Virus record (IMG/VR): IMGVR_UViG_3300020472_002474
Origin: an uncultured virus (IMG/VR IMGVR_UViG_3300020472_002474)
Lineage: Duplodnaviria > Heunggongvirae > Uroviricota > Caudoviricetes
Strand: one strand, 5' to 3'
Length of the DNA stretch: 64,000 nucleotides
Made by a program: the position numbers and the translations under genes. Below the pieces are notes generated by a model. The model searched no databases, was not told the origin of the DNA, and was given only the letters and a program-made list of their open reading frames with translations. Below, piece after piece: positions 50,183 through 61,800 of the stretch. The stretch's first letter is position 1. Each line of letters opens with the position of its first letter.

Positions 50183-51193
50183 TTACTCATTATATATTTT
50201 CAAATATTGTTTAATCCATTCTTCTTTGTAATCATATATCCTAACATAATCCCTTAAACCATCCAAGTAATCTTGTCGTTCCCCTTCGGATAATTCTGAT
50301 ATATTATTTATTTGCTCATCAAATTCTTTCTTGTCAAAAGCTCTGAATGGATATTCATAGTTTTTCAGCCAGTCTTTTTGTAATATGGGTAATTTACCAT
50401 AATCTAATGCTTGAAATATAGAATATCCGAATGGTTCGTGTAGATGACACGAATGACTTATTCCCCAATCATCTCGATTGAAAAATCTATGTAAATTTTT
50501 ATATTGAAATTGATACAATCTTGTTTTATCAAATTTAAATCCAGCTTTATTTTTCCACCACTTCCAATCTTCCAAATCGGTAAATGCATATGAATCAACA
50601 CCTTCTAAGAAATGTGGTGATTTTCTCGTTTCCATACGAGCTGCGTATCCCACCTTATTACTCATACATACTTTTTTATTTTGTGTGAATTCGTAGTAAT
50701 TCGGTATATCAATCATATCCACTTGGTCGTGTAGTGGAATCTTATCCAACCCAATCCAAATCACCTTGTTTGCTATCTGAGCTATTCGTCTTTCCCAAGC
50801 TCTGTTTGCTGAAAAATGCATTAACTTGGGTAATCCCAAATGAAAACCAGCATTTAAACTCAATTGAACCGATACATGAATACATACAGATTCTATCTTG
50901 TCTTGGTTATTTTCTATTATTTTGTGTGGTGTATAATATCCGTGTAAAACATGAATTTTACGGGCATCACCTGCTATTTTTTCAAAATCTTTTGGATGGT
51001 CACCTTGCCATAATATTTCTATTGGTGAATCAAATTCTATTTTTACATTTTCAGGCCTTCTTCTGTGAATCAATAATTTTGATGGGTGATTTAATTTGGG
51101 TGCTACCTCTCGTAACCAATTGTTAACCCAAACATCACTTCCCCCATAAACCATTGAACCACCACCTGTGGCATAATAAACATCATAACTCAT
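50183..51193 (-). CDS. GT-B glycosyltransferase (GT4-like, divergent)
   Basis: N-terminal YGGSDVWV, GYAARMETRKSP, HEPFGYSIFQALDYGKLPI (EPFG..xEA variant). Confidence 0.72.
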   Translation of the reverse strand: MSYDVYYATGGGSMVYGGSDVWVNNWLREVAPKLNHPSKLLIHRRRPENVKIEFDSPIEILWQGDHPKDFEKIAGDARKIHVLHGYYTPHKIIENNQDKIESVCIHVSVQLSLNAGFHLGLPKLMHFSANRAWERRIAQIANKVIWIGLDKIPLHDQVDMIDIPNYYEFTQNKKVCMSNKVGYAARMETRKSPHFLEGVDSYAFTDLEDWKWWKNKAGFKFDKTRLYQFQYKNLHRFFNRDDWGISHSCHLHEPFGYSIFQALDYGKLPILQKDWLKNYEYPFRAFDKKEFDEQINNISELSEGERQDYLDGLRDYVRIYDYKEEWIKQYLKIYNE

Positions 51194-51196
51194 AAA

Positions 51197-52339
51197 TTAC
51201 TTTCCGTGTACGTTGTGCATTAAATAACCGCCTCCAAAATAAACATCCAATGGTTCTACATTTATATTTACGGTTTCCATAGGTTCGTTTACAAATACTA
51301 TTGAATCTATCGTAACGAATTCATTATTAGAAGTGTATAACTTATCACCAGGTACTAAACTGACCGTTGTTTTAAAATAATAACTACCATCTCTCAATAT
51401 AAAAAATGGATGTTCATAAGTGGCCTTTAAAGAACCATTTATCAGATAATAATTATCATAATAATCAAAATATACATCCATTACTGATGCACTTGCTGGT
51501 GTTGATGTATTTTCTATTTGGATATCATATTGACCTGATTGATTTCCGTGAGGTGTTCCTTGCCAAACCGACCAAGTATCTTCCTCATCAAAATCTAATG
51601 GCATACCAGGAACCGTAGCTGCCCTTACCCAATCTCCTACATTTATATTTTCGATATCTTTTAGATTTCCATCGGCCATTGTGATTTTAGTTCCTAATCC
51701 AAGACAACCCCCACCACCATATTGAGAATAATTACTACCATAGAATTCGTCTAATCGAATTGGATGAGATTGAAAAGTAACAGCACCATGTCCACTACCA
51801 TCGTCAGATCCTGACCGAGGACCCCCTTGAAACCAATCAAAATTTGGTTTACCCGTTACATCCGTATGAACTGAACCTGCTATTGATGCAAAATCTTGAT
51901 ATAAGTCGTGAATGTCTGAATTTGCTGTATTGGCTGCAACTCCTCTTTCCACATTTATATCAGAAAAGGACATTGATGTATCTTGTCCTATTCTTGGAAT
52001 TATTACTCCACCTGTGCCAGTTGCTGCACTATTTTTAGTTCCACCGAATATGACTATCGAACAATGCTCTCCAACTTTTGCCTGTCCACCACCACTAACA
52101 TCCCAAGAACCTGAAGAATAGTTTTTTCCTGCAGCAGTAATAGCAACAGAAGCAATAACACCATCCGAATCATTACTTGTTGTGTAAGTTCCTGTAAAAC
52201 CATCACCAACTCCGATGGATGAGGAACCAGGTGCTACCATTCTTAGTGTGCCATCTTCTCCATCTTCATTACCCATATAACCACTTCCACCATCAATGAG
52301 AGTTAATCCTAATACTTTAAATCCATCTTGTAATGCCAT
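51197..52339 (-). CDS. Gly-rich tail-tip/adhesin-like protein with C-terminal Hint domain
   Basis: GGSGY repeat-like N-terminus; SMSFSDINVERG...PIRLDEFYG fibre-tip attachment-like motif; Hint from CLGLGT (Cys 51704-51706) via TYEH to MHN (51212). Confidence 0.72.
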   Translation of the reverse strand: MALQDGFKVLGLTLIDGGSGYMGNEDGEDGTLRMVAPGSSSIGVGDGFTGTYTTSNDSDGVIASVAITAAGKNYSSGSWDVSGGGQAKVGEHCSIVIFGGTKNSAATGTGGVIIPRIGQDTSMSFSDINVERGVAANTANSDIHDLYQDFASIAGSVHTDVTGKPNFDWFQGGPRSGSDDGSGHGAVTFQSHPIRLDEFYGSNYSQYGGGGCLGLGTKITMADGNLKDIENINVGDWVRAATVPGMPLDFDEEDTWSVWQGTPHGNQSGQYDIQIENTSTPASASVMDVYFDYYDNYYLINGSLKATYEHPFFILRDGSYYFKTTVSLVPGDKLYTSNNEFVTIDSIVFVNEPMETVNINVEPLDVYFGGGYLMHNVHGK

Positions 52340-52340
52340 A

Positions 52341-52850
52341 TTACTTTCCGTATTTTGAAATAACTAAGCCATCTTTTTTCAGCTTTTCTTTAATTTTGTT
52401 TTCTCTTTGCTTTTTCACAAAATGTTTTTCTTTTGCATCTAATAGTTTTTTATATCCCAACGAAACACCTTTTAATTCTTCTATCTGATTCTGTTGTTCT
52501 TTAATCGCCTCTACTAATAATGGTACAACTTTATCGTATTGAATTGCCAGAGTTCCGTTAGGTCGAGTTTGTACTATTTCAGGTAAAACCTTTTGTACTT
52601 CTTGAGCTATTAAACCTACATCCCTACCTTTTTCTTTTTCAACCTTTTCAGCCTTTTCGTTCCAAGTAAAAGTAATACCACTAAGTTGTTTTACTTTGAA
52701 CAGAGCACTTTCTATCGGTCTGATATCATCTTTCAGATTTATATCTGATGAATAATATGCAGTAATATTTCCACCTATAAGCAAATTACCCGTTGCCTGA
52801 ATATTTGCTTGACTTGGGTTACTTGTACTTGTTGTTATATAATCTGGCAT
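52341..52850 (-). CDS. Near-standalone peptidase S74 (intramolecular chaperone) protein
   Basis: ITAYYSSDINLKDDI...WN...GLIAQEVQKVLPEIV...YDKVVPLLVEAIKE; only ~32 aa precede the S-D site. Confidence 0.85.
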   Translation of the reverse strand: MPDYITTSTSNPSQANIQATGNLLIGGNITAYYSSDINLKDDIRPIESALFKVKQLSGITFTWNEKAEKVEKEKGRDVGLIAQEVQKVLPEIVQTRPNGTLAIQYDKVVPLLVEAIKEQQNQIEELKGVSLGYKKLLDAKEKHFVKKQRENKIKEKLKKDGLVISKYGK

Positions 52851-52882
52851 TTATTTATCCTTGTCTTGTATATACATATATA

Positions 52883-55800
52883 TTATGAAGAATTACTACC
52901 ACTAATAGTTGCTTCTAATTGATTAACCTTTTCGGTTAATTTTTTAATACCCTCGACCAACAATGGTATTGCTTTATCGTAATTTATTGTTTTGTAATTT
53001 TGGTTAAATGGAGCAGGAATAACCGCATCAGGAATTACATTTTCTATATCTTGTGCTATCAAACCCGTTTCGGTATCGAATCCGTTGGCTCTTGCTACCT
53101 CACCTGCTTCCTCTTTCCAATCAAAGGTCACACCTTTTAATTTTCCTATCTTTGTAAGTGGATCATCAATTATCTCTATGTTATCTTTCAATCTTTCATC
53201 AGATACACTACCAACAAAACTTCCTACGGATTCAACATTTTTATTAAATCTAAATTTACAAGTTGACTGAACACTAAATCTGTAAGCTGGAACTCCACTA
53301 CCCAACGGATCCGTATCTTTAAATATTATATCAGCGTGTCCAGCACTACCAGTAACCCCAAGTGCAAGGTGGTCTCTTATTGCTCCTGTTCCAGCTCTAA
53401 ATCCTGAAATGAATTTGGATTCCTTTTTAAACTTTAACTCGGTCATCGCGAAACCATAAAGGTCTAATTCAGGACCGCTATCATCATCCTTGTAATCGAC
53501 ATAAAATTCAATCATAACTTTTATATCATTATTACTAATCCTTGACATGATATCCGTGAAATTAACCGTATACCAATCTCTCATTTGATTTGCTGTAGTG
53601 CCCTCCGTGAATCTGTATTGTTGTTGGTCATATACGGTGGTAATGGAATCATACTTAACAAGCTTAATATTGAGATAGCAATTAAAATCAGGTGCACCTC
53701 CTGTTCCGTTGGCAAAACCTAATAGCTTCCATGCTAAACTAAAGGTAATATTTTCCGAAGCACCTTGTGCTGCGTAAAAATCGGTTGTGGTTAATCTTGG
53801 TGAAAATAATTGTAACATTAACTGACCACCAAACATTCCATTTACGAGCTCATCTGGTGCTATCCACCTATGCTCGCTAGGTCTTATAAAACAACATACT
53901 GGCCTAAAAAGTTGGGTGTTTGCTGTCGTACTCGAAAAGTATCCACTTGATTGTTGGTATTGTGCATGTCCATCCGCTAAACTCTGTGGGGAAAACTGAG
54001 TTGCCTTTGGATATGGTGTGTGGTTGGTGTTTTGTTCATCCGAAAGTGTATTATTAATTGCAGCTGTATCACGACCATCATAAACAATAGTATGAAAAGA
54101 ACCAGCATTCGTAATACCTTGTGGGTTGAGATTTCCTATAACTGCACTCCCACTCCAATTTTGGTCACCATTACCGAATTGGTCATTATCTCTACCCCAC
54201 GAACTGAAGTCTGATGATATAGCTGCTGCACTTTTTACGGCTGATGGACTATTGGTATCTCCCCAAGACTCAACAGGCTTCTTTCCACTATTAGTTCCCG
54301 ATATAATATCGGCAGTACCACCACCAGCAACCACATCAGAAAAATATCCTGTTTCTGCTGATATATCACCTTTTATTTCAGCTCCAGCTGATGATAATCT
54401 GAAATTTGATGAACTTATTTGTAGTGCGTCATCCCCACCATCCACATCAAACTTAATAAAATTAGTTCCACTATCATCAGCCTTTAGTAGAAAATTACCT
54501 GCCCCATCAACACGCATTCCTGAATTTGTTGTTGCTATCGTGCTCGTATCGGCTAATGTACCGATTTCAAAGAATCCAGTAGATGTTCCGTCAAGTGTTA
54601 TGTTTCCATCTGCTAACGATATGGAATGTCCAGCACTATCTATTACTAAATCATTTGTATTGGCAGTTAAATTAAAGGTTGTTGACTTCATTTCTAATGA
54701 AGTTCCATCCTTCTTTATGAAGTTACTTGCGTTTCCATATGCTAAGAAATCACCAGTTCCATCCATATAGATACCAGCATTTGTTCCTGCTACACTTGTG
54801 TTTGGTGTAGAACCCATTGCTATCTTACCACTATTTGTGGCTGAATCAATAACGAGGGTTGCAGTGGTCAATGCGAATGTATTAGATTGTAATACAATAG
54901 CATTATTTGTGTATTGTATTCTATTACCACTAGCATTACCAACTAAAAACTCATTTCCACTACCACTTACGAAGAAACCAGTTCCACTTGTTGCACTTGT
55001 TGGTGGAGTTGCTCCTAATGAAATTACACCACCATTGGATGATGATACTCTTAATGTGCTTGTATTTAAATCAAAATTTTGAGCTTTAATTACCAATCCA
55101 CTATTAAATTGTATGTAATTATTAGCGTCATGTTTCATTAATAATAAACCATCACCTTGTGCATACAAACCACTATCCCCATCAGTTACATCGGTTACGG
55201 AATCTAAACTACCAACAATAAGTTTTGCTCCCGCATCATCCAATTGAAGCTTCGGTGTGGTGCTTTCGAGTTGTAGAGTATCAGTAACCAAATCAAAAGT
55301 GCTTGTCTTGATGTTAAGTTTAGATGTTCCATCGATAATCTGACGTTTGATGAAATTATTACTATCTTGTTGTAAATTAAACTCACCACTACCACTAAAA
55401 AATATACCATTTGTTGATAAATCAGAAAGTGAGGCGGATGTACCACCCATTGCAAACATTTGAGTTTGAGTATCTATATCAACCTTCGCGGTATCAATTA
55501 CTAATTCACTGGCCTTTAATTGTAAGGTGTTACTTGAAAATCTTAAAAAGTTATTTGCATCACCTTGAAAGTTAAAATCACCACTACCACTTAGTAATAC
55601 ACCATTAGAAGTTAATGTTGTTGGTATGGTTGAACCCATTGCTATAGTTCCACCACCAGATGATGAAACTCTTAAATTACTTGATAATAAATCAAACTTT
55701 TCTGACTGTATTTCGAAATTACTATTACCACCCTTAATAAAATTGGCCCCATCCTCAACAAAACTAAATTTACCAGTTCCATCTAAATAAATTCCAGTTG

Positions 55801-58800
55801 CACCATGTGTTACCGCACTTCCATCAGTTCCCAAACCTATCATACCACTATTAACAGCACTATCCATATAAATTGTAGTGGCATCAAGAGTAAAGTTGTC
55901 GGCGGCTATATCAAAATTATTATTTCCACCTATTATGTAATTGTTAGCATCTTCCTTAAAACTAAAATGACCACTACTATTTAAAAATATACCTTCTGAA
56001 CCATGAACTAAGGTAGAGGTTGCATTAGAACCGAGTCTTATCTTAGAAGTATCGATTGCTAATGTGGTTGATCCCGATAATGAAAAATTCTGTGAACCTA
56101 TTTTAAAGTCCGTTCCATCTCTCTTAATATAATTTAAACTATTATATTCGAAATTAAACTCACCACTACCACTTAAAAATATACCAGCTCCACTCAAATC
56201 TGCCAATGATGCTGAAGTTGCTCCAAGTGCTATCATTCCACCATGTTCGGTTGTAATGTCTACCGTACTTGTATCTATTACCAAATCATCAGTTCTAACT
56301 GCTAAATTATTTGATGATGCATCAAAGTACATAAATGAATTACCACTTGTTGCAGTTCCAACTCTGAAATTACCAGCACCATCAATCCAAGCTCCTGCAC
56401 CTGCTGTTTTAGAACTTGCCGAACCTAATGCTATTTTATTATTTGCTGCAGTAGATGCATCTCGACCAGATATCGTAAGACCTTGTGTGGCTATTTCTAA
56501 CGATACGGTTTTTACATCTAATGCTGGTGTTGCACCTGCGTCAAATTTAAAGTAATTTGTACTATTTTTGTATAAATGAAATTCTGCATTACCACCATCG
56601 TTTGCTATAAGTATACCTTCTTGTGCAGGATTTGCAATTGTAGGTGAACCGATTTGTAAAAATGAATCATTAGCATCTGATTGTAATGTCATCCTATAAC
56701 CAGTTTTGTTACCAAATCCAATTGTTTGTGTATCTCCACCTACCATCGTGATACCACCATTAGCACTTGTATTGTATCCCAAACTCATTGATTTGTGAGT
56801 GCTACTTACCTCAAAATCAGGTGCATCTACTTCAATACCATCACCCGCGGTTATATTTACATTTGATGCCGTTAAGTTGAAGTTTGCTGCTGCTATATCA
56901 ATGTTAGTTCCGTCAAATCTTATGTATTCAGTTCCACTTCCAACATGAAATTTTGTAGTAGTTAATGCTCTCTCTAATATAAATCCTTGTTCGTTGTTTG
57001 CTACGGCTCCTGCAAAAGATTCACTAACACCAGCCTTTAATACTTGTTGAGTTGCTGATGCACTTATAATAAGATTATCACTCAAAGCAGGTGCAGAACC
57101 AAATTGTGCGTAACCTACATTACCACTTCCTAATAGTTTTACATTTCCATTATTTAAACTCATTGATTTGTGAGTTGATGAGATTTGTAAATCTGTTGTT
57201 CCTGCTGCTAAATCAAGTTGTGTGGTTTTTATATCTACACCAGTTCCACCATCAAATATAAAGTAGTTTGTAGCACTTTTAACAAATTCAGCTTGAGGAT
57301 TTGTAGCATCCATACCGATAAGGATACCTGCAGTTCCACTTCCTTCTTGAGAAAAACTTGTTTTACTACCCATAGCCATAAAGTTATCAGTAGAACCACC
57401 TTGTATCGTAACTGAGTTGGAAGTTCCAACTGTAATCTTACCATTTGCCCCATCAAGTAAAATCTTACCTTCTCCAATACTCATAGATGCATTTGTAGAA
57501 CTTATTTCAATATTACTTGCATCCAATTCAAAATCTTCAGTTTTAATATCTACTCCATCATCAAAGATAAAGTAGTTTGTGGCACTTTTAACAAATTCTG
57601 CCTGTGGGTTAGTTGAATCCATACCAATTAATATTCCAGCAGTTCCACTTCCTTCGTGAGAAAAACTTGTTTTACTACCCATAGTAATGAATTGGTCTGT
57701 TCCATCAGTTTTTATAGTAATAGGATTACTTGAACCTACTGTAATGAATGGTGTTGATGATCCTTGTAATACAATTTTACCTTCACCAAGGCTCATTGAT
57801 GAATGTGTAGATGATAATTCTAAATTACTAGCATCTAATTCAAAAGTTGTAGTTTTTATATCTACACCAGTTCCACCATCGAAAATAAAATAATTAGTGG
57901 CACTCTTAACAAATTCCGCTTGTGGGTTGGTTGCATCCATTCCAATTAAAATACCTGCAGTTCCACTTCCCTCATTGGAGAAACTACCTTTACTACCCAT
58001 TGCTATAAAGTTATCTGTATTTCCACCTTGAATTGTTATAGCATTTGAAGAACCAACTGTAATTTTAGTATTTGTTCCGTCTAATGTAACTTGTCCACCA
58101 AGACTCATAGACTTATGTGCTGAGGATATCTGTAAATCACCACTATTGGCATCTAATTCAAAATTAACTGTTTTTATATCAAGTCCATCATCGAATATAA
58201 AGTATTCACTTGCATTTTTTACGAATTCCGCCTGTGGATTACTTCCATCCATTCCAATCAAGATACCAGCGGTTCCACTACCTTCGTGTGTAAATGAAGT
58301 CTTACTGCCCATTGTTAGGAATTGGTCTGTTCCATCAGTCTTAATTGTTATTGCATTACTCGAACCTATCGTGATAGATGGTGATGCTGCACCTTGTATT
58401 GTAATTTTATTACCACCGAGACTCATTGATTTATGAGCTGCTGATATTTGTAAATCATCCGTGTTTGCTGCTAATTCAAACGCTCTTGTTTTTACAGTTA
58501 AGGCGTTATCATCAAATTTTAGAAAATCTGTTCCATCACCAACCACAAATTCTGCGTCTGTATTATTATTTGCTAACCAAAAACCTTCAGTAGTATCACT
58601 TACACTTGTTTTTCCACTTCTTATTGCACCTTGTGTGGATGAACCTGTAATGAATATTGCCTTTGTGGATGTGGCACCTATTCTACCGACAGCTTGACTT
58701 GAATTTGGTGATTGAAAGAATATATCTCCATCACCCAACGACATAGATTTGTGTGTTGATGAGATTTGAATATCACCACTACCTGCACTTAATTCAAAAG

Positions 58801-61800
58801 TATTTGGTTGTATGGATACATTTCCACTCGCGTCGTTTGAGATAAAGAAATTACCACCACCAACTTTCCAAGCTCCTGTTGTATACCAATAATTGTTATT
58901 ATTTATGAAAATTCCATCATTAGTAGATTGAACATCAGTTCCAATTACAACTTGATTTGATGCATCTGTTCTAACATGAAGTTTTCCAGTAATTGAACCA
59001 GTTTGTGCTGTTATTCCACCTTGTAGAAATACATTTTCTGCAAATAATCCAAAACCAGGATTTGTTTCACCATATAACAATCCACTACTCAATCCACTTA
59101 AATCACCAAGTCTTGTTTTTAATTCTACATCAAATACTGCACTTCCAGTTCTTTCGACTATATCAATATAAGGTGTTGTGGTATCATTTGGATTTGCGTT
59201 TAATCTTATAAATCCAGTTCCAACTTTTCCTGTTGATACAATTACTTGACCTTGTGAGTATGTTTGTGCAGAAGATGCAGCATCACCAACTGAACCACTT
59301 GTTGTTTCTAATGAACCACTATATCCACGAACAACAAACAACTTACCCATAAAGTTTGTATCACTTGAAGGAACATCCCTTGATGCACTTTGTATCAACA
59401 TATATTCTGTTTGAAATCCTGTATCGGATACTTTTTTAGCAGATATAACTTCGTTTGCTACAAACCCACCAACATTTGCAACACTCATAGTTGTATCTGA
59501 AGCGGCTATATCTGTGGAACTCGATATAATAGTTGAATTTGCTACATATAATTGACCACCTACGGCGTTTACAGATTCTTTTTCAAATACCGTAGTGGCT
59601 AATGTTCCCCTAACCGTAACCTTTTCAAATTCTGCTTCACCATTATTGGCTGAAGTTATTCTCCAACCTTGAACACCACTAGCAAAATCTGATGTTTGTA
59701 TAATTCCTGCAGAATCTATTACTATATTTTCACTTGAAATTTGTGTTGTGCTTATTGACCAACTTGCTATCTTGTTATAATCACTACCAAAATGGGCTAT
59801 TTCATCTGCTCCTGCAGTTCCACTTCCATCATATATTACTAAACCATATTGGTCACCACCTGTTGGATCTATTTCACCAATCCTTACCCTTAATCCATCT
59901 GATGCATCATAAACATCAATTCTACTTGTTGATGAATCAATATCTAATCTATCAGTATCGAGTTTAAATGCTGGTGTTTTAATATCAATACCTGCAGGTG
60001 TCATTCTTAGGTATTGATTATTACCAGTTCCAACCGTATAATCAAATTCAGGATTAGTAGCATCCATTCCCATTATTAATCCAGCAGTAGTTGTTTGGTC
60101 GAATGTAGTTTTTCCACCAAACTTCAACATCTTATCAGTTCCGTCTGCGTGTAAAACTATTGCTCCACCACTTGAGTTAGGATCACCAATACTCATACTT
60201 GCGTGTTGTGATGATACTTCTAAATTAGATGCACTTACCTCAAGATTTTTAGTTCTTATATCAAGACCATCTGTGGAATCCCATCTTAAATATTCATCAC
60301 CACTTTTTGCCATTTCAAATTTTGGTACAGCCGCATCCATACCGAGAATAATACCAACCGTAGATTTATCATAATGACTAAAGGAAGTTTTACTTCCCAT
60401 AACTATGAATTGGTCTGTACCATCGGTTTTAATGGTAATAGGATTACTATCTCCTATCTGAAAATATGGTGATGATGCACCAACTAATAAAATTTTACCC
60501 TCACCTAAACTCATTGATGCATGAGTGGAAGATAAATCTAAGTTAGTTGTACTTAATTCAAATGCGGTTGTTTTTATGTCTATTCCGTCATCGAATATAA
60601 AATAATCACTTGAATTTTTTACAAATTCTGCTTGTGGATTACTTCCATCCATTCCAATCAAGATACCAGCAGTTCCACTTCCTTCGTGAGAAAAACTTGT
60701 TTTACTACCCATCGTGATAAAATTATCAGTTCCACCACCTTGAATAGTAACCTTGTTTGATGTTCCCACCGTCATTTTACCATTGGCACCATCAAGTAAG
60801 ATTTTACCTTCTCCAATACTCATAGATGCATGGGTAGATGAAATCTCTATGTTCGTAGCATCTAATTCAAGACCTTCAGAAAGTTTTATATCAAAATTAG
60901 TTCCATCAAAGGATAAGTAATTTGTTGCACTTCCTGCCAATTCAAATTTAGTAGTTCCACCATCAGTACCAAAAATAACACCCGCAGTAGATTGGTCAAA
61001 GTGTGAAAATGAAGTTTTACTTCCAACCGTTAAAAATCTATCAGTTCCGTCATCTTTTAATGTTATTGCGTTTGCGGCACCGATTGTAATGAATGAAGTA
61101 GATGCTCCAACCATTTTAATCTTACCTTCACCTAAACTCATACTTGCGTGTGTAGATGATAACTCTATATTTGTAGCATCTAATTCAAGTCCTTCGGTAA
61201 GTTTTACATCAAAATTAGTACCATCAAAAGAAAGATAATTTGTAGCGTTTCCAGCTATTTCAAATTTGGTAGTTCCACTATCAGTTCCTAAAATTACTCC
61301 TGCAGTGGATTGGTCGAAATGTGAGAATGATGTTTTACTACCAATAACCAAAAATCTATCAGTTCCATCATCCTTTAGAGTAATTGCATTAGCTGCACCA
61401 ACTGAGAGTGTTGAAGTTGAACCACCTACCATCTTAATTTTACCATCCCCAATACTCATACTTGCGTGTGTGGATGATATTTCTATATTGGTGGCATCTA
61501 ACTCAAATCCCTCAGATAGTTTTATATCAAAATTTGTTCCATCGAAAGAAAAATAATTTGCAGAATTTTTAGCTATTTCAAGTTTAGGAACGGTAGAATC
61601 CATTCCAATTATTATACCCTCAGTTGATTGGTCAAAATGACTAAAGGAAGTCTTACTTCCCATAGTTATAAAGTTATCTGTATTTCCACCTTGAATTGTT
61701 ACTTTGTTTGCGGAACCAACTTCCACTCGTGAATTACCACCATCGAGTAATATGTTAGCTGCTGCTCCTGGCACTCCACCTAAACTCATCGATGCATGTG

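Noticed and set aside
48466..51706. Classical selfish inteins
   Set aside because: No homing endonuclease, +1 residues are Lys/Val, the C-exteins are only a few residues, and the host proteins are not conserved enzymes.
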